From Horticoccus luteus (GTDB taxonomy: Bacteria > Verrucomicrobiota > Verrucomicrobiia > Opitutales > Opitutaceae): DNA of 32,000 nucleotides. Position 1 is the first letter of the stretch; every line of letters starts with the position of its first letter. The position numbers were made by a program, and so were the translations under genes. Where the stretch lies: contig NZ_CP080507.1 in NCBI RefSeq assembly GCF_019464535.1, positions 3,000,001 through 3,032,000 of the forward strand. Direction: 5' to 3'. This document shows positions 17,611 through 26,588 of the stretch, one piece after another. The notes under the pieces were generated by a model. It was not told where the DNA came from and searched no databases. It was given only the letters and a program-made list of their open reading frames with translations.

Positions 17611-19308
17611 ATGCCACCGCGTTCTTCCACCTCGTCTCGCTCTTCTGCCACCCGCCGGAAACGCTCTTCCGCCCAGTCCGGCAATTCGCGCCAGCGCGCC
17701 GCGGCGCCCAAATCTTCGGCCGCCGCCCAACCGCGCGCCGGCACCCGCTCCCGTTCCACCCGAGCACCCGCGAACGCCGCCGCGGTGCCCTTCACCAATC
17801 TCGACAAAGTCCTCTTCCCCGCGAGTGGCACCACGAAAGGCGACGTCATCAAATACTACCTCGATGTCGCCCCCGTGCTCATCCCGCATTTCCGCGCCCG
17901 CCCCGTCACGCTCATCCGTTTTCCCGACGGCGTCACCGGCGAAAAATTCTACGAGAAAAACGCCCCGCGCTTCGCTCCGGCGTGGATCAAGACCGCCCCG
18001 GTCCCGCGCAGCGACGGCGGTGCGATCAATTACATCGTCATCAACGATGCCCGCACGCTCGCCTGGTGCGCCAATCTCGCCGCCTTGGAGCTGCATCCGT
18101 TTCTCCATCACGCCCGCGCCGTCCAACGCCCCACGCACCTCGTCTTCGATCTCGATCCCGGCGAAGGCGCCGACTTGCTCACCTGCATCGAGGTGGCGTT
18201 CCACGTCCGCGAAGCGCTCGGCCAGCTCCAGTTCAAAGTCTTTCCCAAAGTCTCCGGCTCGAAAGGCCTCCAGCTCTACGTCCCGCTCAACACCCCCGTC
18301 ACTTACGCCACCGCGAAACCTTTCGCCAAGGCCCTCGCCGAACTCCTCCGCACGCAGCACCCCGACCTCATCGTCAGCGACATGTCGAAGGCCCTCCGCC
18401 GCAAAAAGGTCCTCATCGACTGGAGCCAGAACGACGAAAAGAAAACCACCGCCGGCGTCTATTCGCTCCGCGCCAAACGCGATGAGCCCTTCGTTTCGCT
18501 CCCCGTCACGTGGGATGAACTTCGCCGCGCCGCCAAAAAAGACTCCGCCGACGCCCTTTTCTTCTCTCCCGCCGACGCGTTGAAACGCATTGCACGGCAA
18601 GGCGACCTATTCGCGCCCGTCCTCACGTTGAAGCAACGGCTTCCACGCGATTTCACCACCGCCGCCCGCTCCGCTCCGGCCGCCTCCTCCCGCCCGAAAT
18701 CCGCCGGGCGCGCGCCGGATTCTGCATCCACGGGCCTCGCCCGCTACCGCGCGAAACGCGATTTCACCCGCACCGCCGAGCCCTCGGGCAAGACGCCATC
18801 GCGTTCGCGGGCGCGCGGCGCGCAGCAGCTCCGCTTCGTCATCCAGAAACACGCCGCCTCGCGCCTCCACTACGATTTCCGCCTCGAGCTCGACGGCACC
18901 CTCAAATCCTGGGCCGTGCCCAAAGGCCTTCCCTACGAGCCCGGCATCAAACGCGCCGCCTTCGAAGTGGAAGACCATCCGCTCGATTACATCGACTTCG
19001 AAGGCACGATTCCGCCGGGCCAATACGGCGGCGGCACCGTGATGGTGTGGGACACCGGCACCTACGAACTCCTCTCCGGCGACCACCGCCGCGGTGATCT
19101 CAAACTCATGCTCCACGGCCAGAAACTGAAAGGCGAATGGCACATCTTTCGGATCAAGAGTGAAGACGACAAACCCGTGTGGCTGATCGTGAAAGCCAAA
19201 CCCGCCATGAAGCCGCTCAGCGCGCGACGCGAAAACCAATCCGTTCTCACGCAGCGCACGATGGAAAAAATCGCCTCCGACAACGACGCCGTGTGGGAAA
19301 GCCACTGA
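17611..19308 (+). CDS. LigD-like NHEJ end-processing protein: primase-polymerase (PolDom) + 3'-phosphoesterase (PE) domains, no ligase domain
   Basis: PolDom motifs: [49 protein letters not shown] motifs: [60 protein letters not shown]. The ORF ends right after the PE domain. Confidence 0.85.
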   Translation: MPPRSSTSSRSSATRRKRSSAQSGNSRQRAAAPKSSAAAQPRAGTRSRSTRAPANAAAVPFTNLDKVLFPASGTTKGDVIKYYLDVAPVLIPHFRARPVTLIRFPDGVTGEKFYEKNAPRFAPAWIKTAPVPRSDGGAINYIVINDARTLAWCANLAALELHPFLHHARAVQRPTHLVFDLDPGEGADLLTCIEVAFHVREALGQLQFKVFPKVSGSKGLQLYVPLNTPVTYATAKPFAKALAELLRTQHPDLIVSDMSKALRRKKVLIDWSQNDEKKTTAGVYSLRAKRDEPFVSLPVTWDELRRAAKKDSADALFFSPADALKRIARQGDLFAPVLTLKQRLPRDFTTAARSAPAASSRPKSAGRAPDSASTGLARYRAKRDFTRTAEPSGKTPSRSRARGAQQLRFVIQKHAASRLHYDFRLELDGTLKSWAVPKGLPYEPGIKRAAFEVEDHPLDYIDFEGTIPPGQYGGGTVMVWDTGTYELLSGDHRRGDLKLMLHGQKLKGEWHIFRIKSEDDKPVWLIVKAKPAMKPLSARRENQSVLTQRTMEKIASDNDAVWESH

Positions 19309-19498
19309 CGAGCGCCACGACGTTCTCGCGCGAGCCCTCGGCGTAAACACGTCTCGCCGACTCCCGCGCGCGAAGCGCACGGTCCACTTCGTTCCGTGTC
19401 AGAATTTCCCGCGCGCCGCGATCGCCGCCCGCCGCCGCCGCTCGCGCCACCGCTTTACTCGCGCCGCGAAACATGGCACGGTCGCGCCCTCCTTTTCC

Positions 19499-21142
19499 AT
19501 GCCTACGCCGCCGTTCACCTACCAAGAACCGTTCCCCCTCGGGCCGGATGAAACTGTCTACCGTTTGCTGTCCAAGGAAGGTGTTGCGACGACGACATTC
19601 GAAGGCCGCGAGATCCTGAAAGTCGCCCCCGAAGCCCTCGCGTTTCTCGCGCAACAGGCGTTGCACGACTGCTCGTTCATGCTGCGTCCGAAGCATCTGG
19701 CGCAAGTGGCGGCGATCCTCGACGACCCCGCCGCTTCGACCAACGACCGCTACGTCGCCCTCACCCTGCTCAAAAACGCCGAGATCGCCGCGCAGGGCAT
19801 CCTGCCGTTTTGCCAGGATACCGGCACCGCCACCATCATCGGAAAAAAAGGCCAGCAGGTCTGGACCGACGCCAACGACGCCGAATGGCTCAGCCGCGGT
19901 GTTTACGAGTGCTACACGAAGGAGAATCTCCGCTATTCGCAGACGGCGCCACTCGACATGTGGCGCGAGACCAACACCGGCACCAACCTCCCCGCGCAGA
20001 TCGATCTCTACGCCACCGAGGGCGCGAAATACGAATTTCTCTTCGTCGCGAAAGGCGGCGGCTCCGCCAACAAGACGTTCCTGTTTCAAGAGACGAAAGC
20101 GCTCCTCAATCCGAAGAGCTTCGAAAAATTCGTCACCGAAAAACTCAGCTATCTCGGCACCGCCGCGTGCCCGCCGTATCATCTCGTGTTCGTCATCGGC
20201 GGCACGAGCGCCGAAGCCTGCCTGAAGACGGTGAAGATGGCTTCGACCAAATACCTCGACGCCCTCCCCACGACCGGCAACGAGCACGGCCGCGCGTTTC
20301 GCGATCTCGAGAGCGAGGCCCAAATTCTCCAGCTCGCCCAAAGCACCGGCATCGGCGCCCAGTTCGGCGGCAAGTATTTCGCGCTCGATGTGCGCGTCGT
20401 CCGCCTGCCGCGCCACGGCGCCAGTTGCCCCGTCGGCGTCGGTGTCTCCTGCAGCGCCGATCGCAACATCAAGGCGAAGATCACCCGCGACGGCATCTTC
20501 CTCGAACAGATGGAAACGAATCCCGGTCGCTTCATCTCCGCGGACCAGCGCACGCTGAAGGAAGACAACATCGTTCACGTCGACCTCCGCCGTCCGATGG
20601 CGGAGATCCGCGCGGAACTCTCGCGTTATCCTGTAACCACGCGCCTCTCGCTCACTGGTCCGATGATTGTCGCCCGCGACATCGCGCACGCGAAACTCAA
20701 GGAGCGCGTCGATGCCGGCCAAGGCCTGCCGTCCTATTTCAAGGATCATCCCGTCTACTACGCCGGGCCGGCGAAAACTCCGCAGGGTTACGCGTCCGGC
20801 TCGTTTGGGCCCACGACCGCCGGCCGCATGGATAGTTACGTCGATCTCTTTCAATCCCTCGGCGGCTCGATGGTCATGCTCGCGAAAGGCAACCGCAGCG
20901 CGCAGGTGACCAACGCGTGCAAAAAACACGGCGGCTTTTACCTCGGCTCGATCGGCGGTCCCGCTGCGATTCTCGCCAAGGAAAACATCCGCCGCGTCGA
21001 GGTGCTCGAATATCCCGAACTCGGCATGGAAGCCGTGTGGAAAATCGAGGTGGAAAACTTCCCCGCGTTCATCCTCGTCGACGACAAGGGCAACGATTTC
21101 TTCGCCAGCGGCTGCGGCGCCTGCTTGCCCGCGAAGAGCTGA
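19499..21142 (+). CDS. fumA: Class I (Fe-S dependent) fumarate hydratase
   Basis: 547 aa, collinear with E. coli FumA by eye: [89 protein letters not shown]-like C-terminus. Confidence 0.93.
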   Translation: MPTPPFTYQEPFPLGPDETVYRLLSKEGVATTTFEGREILKVAPEALAFLAQQALHDCSFMLRPKHLAQVAAILDDPAASTNDRYVALTLLKNAEIAAQGILPFCQDTGTATIIGKKGQQVWTDANDAEWLSRGVYECYTKENLRYSQTAPLDMWRETNTGTNLPAQIDLYATEGAKYEFLFVAKGGGSANKTFLFQETKALLNPKSFEKFVTEKLSYLGTAACPPYHLVFVIGGTSAEACLKTVKMASTKYLDALPTTGNEHGRAFRDLESEAQILQLAQSTGIGAQFGGKYFALDVRVVRLPRHGASCPVGVGVSCSADRNIKAKITRDGIFLEQMETNPGRFISADQRTLKEDNIVHVDLRRPMAEIRAELSRYPVTTRLSLTGPMIVARDIAHAKLKERVDAGQGLPSYFKDHPVYYAGPAKTPQGYASGSFGPTTAGRMDSYVDLFQSLGGSMVMLAKGNRSAQVTNACKKHGGFYLGSIGGPAAILAKENIRRVEVLEYPELGMEAVWKIEVENFPAFILVDDKGNDFFASGCGACLPAKS

Positions 21143-21247
21143 TCGCCGCCTTCGCCCATCCGCACGCTCGCGCCACCACGTCTCGCGCGCGCCGTTATTC
21201 GGCCGCCTGCCAATCGGACCGCCGCGCCAACCGAACCTACAGCCGCG

Positions 21248-22558
21248 TCAGCCCAGCTTCGCCACGTCCACGCCCAGCGCTTTCGCCGCCGCCACTTTGT
21301 CGCCATGGCAGACGTGCAACACCATGTCGGTGTAGCGCCGCTCTTGTCCCGCCAGATAATCCGCAAGGGTCGGCCAGCTTTTTAATTCGCGCAGCCGCAG
21401 CGGCAGTTGCTCCGAGGTCACGACGCGCGACTCCGCCGTCGATGCGATTCGCGTCACCACCTGATGCAGCTCCGTGAGATTGCCGGCCCAGTGATAGGCC
21501 TGCATCACGGCCAGCGCGTCCTCCGTGAAGTTGATCAACTTCGCGTCGACCTGCGGATTCAACGCCTGCGCGGCGTAGTGTTTCACGAGCAGCGGCACGT
21601 CTTCGCGCCGTTCGCGCAAAGCCGGCATCTGCACCGGCAGCGACGCCACGCGGTAGAATAACTCGTCGTGAAACTTGCCCTCGTCCGTCAGCCCCTCGAG
21701 GTCGACGGTCGACGTGCAGATCAACCGAAACGTGTGCGCGTTGTTCCGCAGCACGCTCACCAATTCCTTCTGCACCTCGAGGGTGAGGCACTGCAGGTGT
21801 TGCAGAAAAAGCGTCCCGCCCCGCGCCTGCTCGACCCACGTGCCGCCCGCGCCGTTTTGGCCGAGCAATCCGCTGCGCACGTTGGTCTCCGAACTGAGCG
21901 AGCAATCGATGCGCACCAGTTGCGCGTTGGGCTCGCTCCCCGCTTGATGCAGCAGTTCCGCCACATCGATTTTTCCGGTGCCCGGCTCGCCTTGCAACAG
22001 CACCGGCGTGCGCACCGTCGCCAGCTTCTTCACCTGCTGCACCAGCTTTTTGATTTTCGGGCTCTGGCCGATCAAGCGCCCTTCGACATCCACCGCCTGC
22101 GCACCCGGCGCGATGGGATTGTTGAGCCGCTCCGTTTGAAAACGCCGGAACTCCAGCCCGCGCTTCAACGTGGCAATCAACTCGTCGACGCGAAAAGGCT
22201 TTTGCAGGTAATCGAAAGCCCCGAACTTCAACGCCTGAATCGCGCTGTCCGTGCTCGCGTAGGCCGTCATGATGATGATCACCGCGCTCGGATCGTAGAG
22301 CTTCAACTGCTTCAACAGCGTGATCCCATCCATCGGCTTCATGTCGATGTCCGCCAGCACCAGGTCGAACTTCTCCGTCTTGTAACGCGCGAGCGCCTTT
22401 TCGCCATCGGTCGCAAACGACGTGACAAAACCGGAGGGCTGGATGACCGCATCCAACATCTCGTGGATGGAGAGAAGGTCGTCGACGATGAGGACCGAAG
22501 GCATGGAGGGAGCGAGGTTCCGCGCTGCTTCGCGGATGTCAACCGCCGCCAAACTCAC
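21248..22558 (-). CDS. NtrC-family response regulator (REC + AAA+ + Fis-type HTH) with degenerate sigma54-interaction/ATPase motifs
   Basis: REC: VLIVDD, DLVLADIDMKPMDG, IIMTAY, LQKPF. AAA+: GEPGTGK, ALRERREDVPLL. HTH: AAAKALGVDVAKL. The GTG at 22558 overlaps the pilC stop (GTGA). An ATG at 22504 is an alternative start. Confidence 0.85.
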   Translation of the reverse strand: MSLAAVDIREAARNLAPSMPSVLIVDDLLSIHEMLDAVIQPSGFVTSFATDGEKALARYKTEKFDLVLADIDMKPMDGITLLKQLKLYDPSAVIIIMTAYASTDSAIQALKFGAFDYLQKPFRVDELIATLKRGLEFRRFQTERLNNPIAPGAQAVDVEGRLIGQSPKIKKLVQQVKKLATVRTPVLLQGEPGTGKIDVAELLHQAGSEPNAQLVRIDCSLSSETNVRSGLLGQNGAGGTWVEQARGGTLFLQHLQCLTLEVQKELVSVLRNNAHTFRLICTSTVDLEGLTDEGKFHDELFYRVASLPVQMPALRERREDVPLLVKHYAAQALNPQVDAKLINFTEDALAVMQAYHWAGNLTELHQVVTRIASTAESRVVTSEQLPLRLRELKSWPTLADYLAGQERRYTDMVLHVCHGDKVAAAKALGVDVAKLG

Positions 22559-23733
22559 TGCAATCCGCCTGCGACCGCACCGAGTTGGAAGATCGGCAAG
22601 AACATCGCCATGACGATGCCGCCGACCACCACCCCGAGAAAGACGATCAGCAACGGTTCGATCAGAGACGTCAGCGCCGAGACCGTCGCTTCACACTCCG
22701 TGTCGTAGAAATCCGCAATCTTGTTCATCATCCCGTCCACGTTGCCCGTGGATTCACCCGCCTTCACCATGTGCTTCATCATCGGCGGGAAAAACGGATC
22801 GGACGCCAGCACCTCCGACACCTGTCCGCCCTGGCTCACGTGGCGCGTGATCTCGGCGCACGCATCCTCCACCTGCACTTTGTTGCTCGCCGCGGCGACA
22901 ATCTCCAGCGTCCGCAAAATCGGCACCCCCGAACGGATGAGCGTTGCATACGTCCGGCAGAATCGGGACAACGCGATTTTGTGCACCAGATTGCCGAAGA
23001 TCGGCGCCCGCACCAAAAACTTGTCCTTCGCCCGCCGTCCGCCCGGAGTCGCGACAAATTTGCTGAACACGAAAAACACCCCGTAAGCCGCGAGCGCGAT
23101 CGCCCACCAGTAGTGCTTCATGAAATTGCTCAGATCGATCAGCATCTGCGTCGGCGCCGGCAGCTTGGCCCCGAAATCGTCGAACATGGCGGCAAACACC
23201 GGAATCACGAAGATCAGCAACACGTTGACCAACGCGATCGCCAGACCGATGACCGCGATCGGATACGTCATCGCCGATTTCACCTTTTTCGTCAGCTTGA
23301 CCGTCGATTCAAAGTAACCCGCCACCTTGCCGAGAATCTCTGCCAGACCGCCGCTCGCCTCACCGGCCTCGACCATGGAGATGAACAACGAATTAAACGT
23401 CTTCGGAAAACGTTTCACCGCCGCGGAAAACGAGTTGCCCGACGAAATGTCCGCCCGCACATCGCGGATCACGATCCGGAAACAGGGATCTTCCGTCTGA
23501 TCCTGCAACGCCTCCAAGCATTGCACCAACGGCAGCCCCGCCGTGAGCAACGACGCGAGCTGCTGCGTGAAAATCGCCAGCTCACCGAGCGGCAGCTTGT
23601 ATTTCTTCGCCCGCTTCTCCAGCGACTTCTGCTTCGCCAGTTGCTGCGCCGCTTTGACGTTGACCGCCTTTTTCGCTGGGGCGGCACGACCGCCCAACGC
23701 CGTCGCCGTGGGGGAAGAAGAGATCAAAGCCAT
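22555..23733 (-). CDS. pilC: Type II secretion / type IV pilus platform protein, GspF/PilC family
   Basis: Two GspF repeats (LAIFTQQLASLLTAGLPLVQCLE...FISMVEAGEASGGL and RFCRTYATLIRSGVPILRTLE...MMKHMVKAGESTGNV). Three TM segments and a C-terminal LPIFQL. The start was chosen at ATG 23733. In-frame alternatives at 23745 and 23769. Confidence 0.85.
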   Translation of the reverse strand: MALISSSPTATALGGRAAPAKKAVNVKAAQQLAKQKSLEKRAKKYKLPLGELAIFTQQLASLLTAGLPLVQCLEALQDQTEDPCFRIVIRDVRADISSGNSFSAAVKRFPKTFNSLFISMVEAGEASGGLAEILGKVAGYFESTVKLTKKVKSAMTYPIAVIGLAIALVNVLLIFVIPVFAAMFDDFGAKLPAPTQMLIDLSNFMKHYWWAIALAAYGVFFVFSKFVATPGGRRAKDKFLVRAPIFGNLVHKIALSRFCRTYATLIRSGVPILRTLEIVAAASNKVQVEDACAEITRHVSQGGQVSEVLASDPFFPPMMKHMVKAGESTGNVDGMMNKIADFYDTECEATVSALTSLIEPLLIVFLGVVVGGIVMAMFLPIFQLGAVAGGLQ

Positions 23734-23887
23734 GAGGGAGACCATTAGCTCACCCCACCGGCCCCGCAATCTGTTTCCTGCCGCGGACCGGCGGGCCGAC
23801 CGCCCCCGACGATGTTTTCCACCGTCCCCATCTCACGCCTCTGCACTTGACCGCGCCGCGCCGCGCAGAACACTAGCGGCCGTGCGG

Positions 23888-23961
23888 GCGGCTGTAGTTT
23901 AGGGGTAAAACCCCTGCCTTCCAAGCAGGTGTCCGGGGTTCGATTCCCCGCAGCCGCACCA
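23888..23961 (+). tRNA. tRNA-Gly (anticodon UCC), CCA encoded
   Basis: Hand-folded cloverleaf. Acceptor GCGGCTG/CAGCCGC, D stem GTTT/AAAC, anticodon stem CCTGC/GCAGG with loop CTTCCAA. T arm CGGGG-TTCGATT-CCCCG, discriminator A, then CCA. 74 nt. Confidence 0.9.
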
Positions 23962-24277
23962 TTTTTTTGCCCCGCCTCTCGCTCCGGACCGCAAATCGCC
24001 GAGGGTTTTCTCCGCTCGTTTTGCCGCCCTGCAAAACATCGTAAAAATCTCCGCGCGCCTCCGTCGCCGCGTTTTTCACGCCCCACGCAACCCTTTTCCG
24101 CGGGTCCGCAGGTCTCTCCCACGTTCCGGCGCTCGCCGCCCTTCGACCGGAAATGCGCGCTGCGACCCCAACCTGACACGTTTTCCACTGGCGCTTTTCA
24201 AGTGCGCGCTTTCGCTGCATTTGCCTCCCCTCCACGTTTGGTGTCAGCCCGCCCCGCCCGCTAGCTTTCCGTTTCCC

Positions 24278-26566
24278 ATGTCTGTCGAAACCTCCGCCGC
24301 CTCCCCGTCCGCCGCCACTTCGCCGCCCGCGCTCGACTACAGCCTCACCGGCGTCAACGCCACCCGCGCGATCGAGCTCGGCCTCGCGGAAGCCGAGTGG
24401 TATCAAAGCCCCGTGCCGCGCGACACGATGCGTGCGCTCCTCGAACGTCGCAACGGCCCCGCCCTTCGCGACACGCTCATCTGGTTCTCGCTGCTCTTCA
24501 TCACCGCCGCCGCGACCTATCTGCTCTGGGGCTCGTGGTGGGCGGTCCTGCCTTACCTCGCCTACTGCGTCCTCTACTCGCAGACCTCCGATTCTCGCTG
24601 GCACGAGACGAGCCACGGCACCGCGTTCAAAACCGATTGGATGAACAACGCGCTCTACGAAATCGCCTCGTTCATGGTGAAACGCGAAGCCACCCTCTGG
24701 CGCTGGAGCCACACCCGCCACCACAGCGATACGATCATCGTCGGCCGCGATCCCGAGATCAATTTCCCCCGCCCGCCTGACCTCAAGGGACTCTTCCTCG
24801 GCCTCTTTTCCCTCCATCCCGATTACTGGCAACGCCTCTGGCTCCACGCCACCGGCCGCATGCGAGCGGACGAGAAAGTTTTCGTCCCGCCCACCGAGTT
24901 CGGCAAAGTCTACTGGCGCGCGCGTCTCTATCTGGCGATCTACGTCGGCTCGCTCGCCCTTTCGTTCTACTGGCGCACGCCCCTGCCGGCGCTCCTCATC
25001 ATTTTCCCTAACGTCTTCGGCACCTGGCTGCTTTACGTTTACAACCTCACCCAACACGGCGGCCTCGCCGAAAACGTCCTCGATCACCGCCTCAACTGCC
25101 GGACCGTCTACATGAATCCCGTGAACCGCTTCATGTATTGGAATATGAACTATCACGTGGAGCATCACATGTTCCCCCTCGTCCCCTATCACCGCCTGCC
25201 GCAGTTGCACGCGCTCGTGAAGGACGACATGCCGCCGCCCTACCCCAACATCCTCTCCGCGTGGCGCGAAATCATCCCCACCGTCCGGCGCCAGCTCCGC
25301 GATCCCGGTTACTACGTCCGCCGTCCCCTCCCCGCGCCGAAGACCCACGCCGCCGCCGCGTATCCGGTTTCCACCGCGCAACCCGATTCCGCCGGCTGGC
25401 TCGACATCTGCCCCGCCGCCGACCTCACCGCCGCCAACGCCCTGCGCTTCGATCACGGTCGCCGCACCTACGCGCTCTACCGCACCGCCGACGGCGCCCT
25501 CTTCGCGACCGACGGCGTCTGCACCCACGGCAACACCCATCTCGCCGGCGGACTGGTCATCGGCACGCAAATCGAGTGTCCCAAACACAACGGCCGTTTC
25601 CATCTCCACGACGGCTCGCCCGCGCGCCCGCCCATCTGCCGCGGCCTCGCCACGTATCCGATCGAGGAACGCGCCGGCCGCCTCTGGCTCAACGTCGCCC
25701 ATCCCGGCGGCGCCGGCGCCCGCGCGCCCAAAACCTACCGCCTCCGCGTCGTCTCCAACCGCTCCGTCGCCACCTTCATCAAGGAACTCGTCCTCGAACC
25801 CATCGACGCCGCCGAGAAAATCGCGTTCACGCCCGGCGATTATCTCCAGCTCGATATTCCCGCCTACGAATTGATCCGCTTCCGCGAATTCGACATCCCC
25901 GCGCCCTACGCCGCCGTGTGGGAAGCTCAGCACGTCTTCGATCTCGTCGCGCGCAACCCCCAGGCCGGCCGCCGCAACAACTACTCGCTCGCGAGCAATC
26001 AGCAGACCGAACGCACGCTCCGCTTCAACGTCCGCATCGCCACGCCCCCGCCCGGCCAGGATTGCCCGCCCGGCGTCGGCTCCGCGTATGTGTTCAACCT
26101 CAAACCCGGCGACACCGTCACCGCCGTCGGCCCGTTCGGCGATTTCCATCTCAAGCCCACGCAAAAAGAAATCGTCTGCATCGGCGGCGGCGCCGGCATG
26201 GCTCCGCTCCGCGCGCAGCTCTCGCATCTTTTCGAAACCGAGTCCACCGCCCGCCGCGTGAGCTACTGGTATGGCGCGCGCTCGCGGCAGGAGATTTTCT
26301 ACGCCGACTATTTCGAGCAGCTCGCCGCCGCGCATCCCAACTTCACCTTCCACCTCGCGCTCTCGTCTCCGCTTCCCGAAGACAACTGGACGACGCACAC
26401 CGGCTTCATCCATGACGTCGTCTACGAGCAATATCTGCGTTCTCACCCGCATCCGCAGGCCGTCGAGTATTACCTCTGCGGCCCGCCGCAAATGATCCGC
26501 GCCTGCACCAAAATGCTGGCCGCCCTTGCCGTGCCGCAGACTCAGATCGCGTTCGACGAATTCTAA
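24278..26566 (+). CDS. Fusion protein: membrane fatty-acid-desaturase-family di-iron oxygenase + Rieske [2Fe-2S] ferredoxin + NqrF-like FAD/NAD(P)H oxidoreductase
   Basis: His boxes HETSH, HTRHH, HVEHH with TM segments (about nt 24278-25320). Rieske motif CTH-x16-CPKH (about nt 25397-25696). Reductase motifs RNNYS, NVRIATPPP, GPFGDF, GGGAGMAP, YWYGARS, CGPP (about nt 25730-26563). Single open frame, ATG at 24278. Confidence 0.85.
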   Translation: MSVETSAASPSAATSPPALDYSLTGVNATRAIELGLAEAEWYQSPVPRDTMRALLERRNGPALRDTLIWFSLLFITAAATYLLWGSWWAVLPYLAYCVLYSQTSDSRWHETSHGTAFKTDWMNNALYEIASFMVKREATLWRWSHTRHHSDTIIVGRDPEINFPRPPDLKGLFLGLFSLHPDYWQRLWLHATGRMRADEKVFVPPTEFGKVYWRARLYLAIYVGSLALSFYWRTPLPALLIIFPNVFGTWLLYVYNLTQHGGLAENVLDHRLNCRTVYMNPVNRFMYWNMNYHVEHHMFPLVPYHRLPQLHALVKDDMPPPYPNILSAWREIIPTVRRQLRDPGYYVRRPLPAPKTHAAAAYPVSTAQPDSAGWLDICPAADLTAANALRFDHGRRTYALYRTADGALFATDGVCTHGNTHLAGGLVIGTQIECPKHNGRFHLHDGSPARPPICRGLATYPIEERAGRLWLNVAHPGGAGARAPKTYRLRVVSNRSVATFIKELVLEPIDAAEKIAFTPGDYLQLDIPAYELIRFREFDIPAPYAAVWEAQHVFDLVARNPQAGRRNNYSLASNQQTERTLRFNVRIATPPPGQDCPPGVGSAYVFNLKPGDTVTAVGPFGDFHLKPTQKEIVCIGGGAGMAPLRAQLSHLFETESTARRVSYWYGARSRQEIFYADYFEQLAAAHPNFTFHLALSSPLPEDNWTTHTGFIHDVVYEQYLRSHPHPQAVEYYLCGPPQMIRACTKMLAALAVPQTQIAFDEF

Positions 26567-26588
26567 TGACACCAGGCGCGCTTGAAGA

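Noticed and set aside
19309-19498. Possible remnant of a LigD ligase domain or another decayed gene after the Pol-PE ORF. This includes a minus-strand reading [36 protein letters not shown]...
   Set aside because: Translation in the forward frames shows no ligase motifs (no KxDG). The minus-strand peptide matches nothing I recognise and runs into the LigD-like gene.
23766-23779. Sigma54-like promoter upstream of pilC (minus strand AGGAAACAGATTGCG).
   Set aside because: The GG-to-GC spacing is 9 nt, not the required 10, and the -24 element lacks the conserved TGGCAC bases. It is a near miss only. I also found no GG-N10-GC match upstream of the oxygenase fusion gene.
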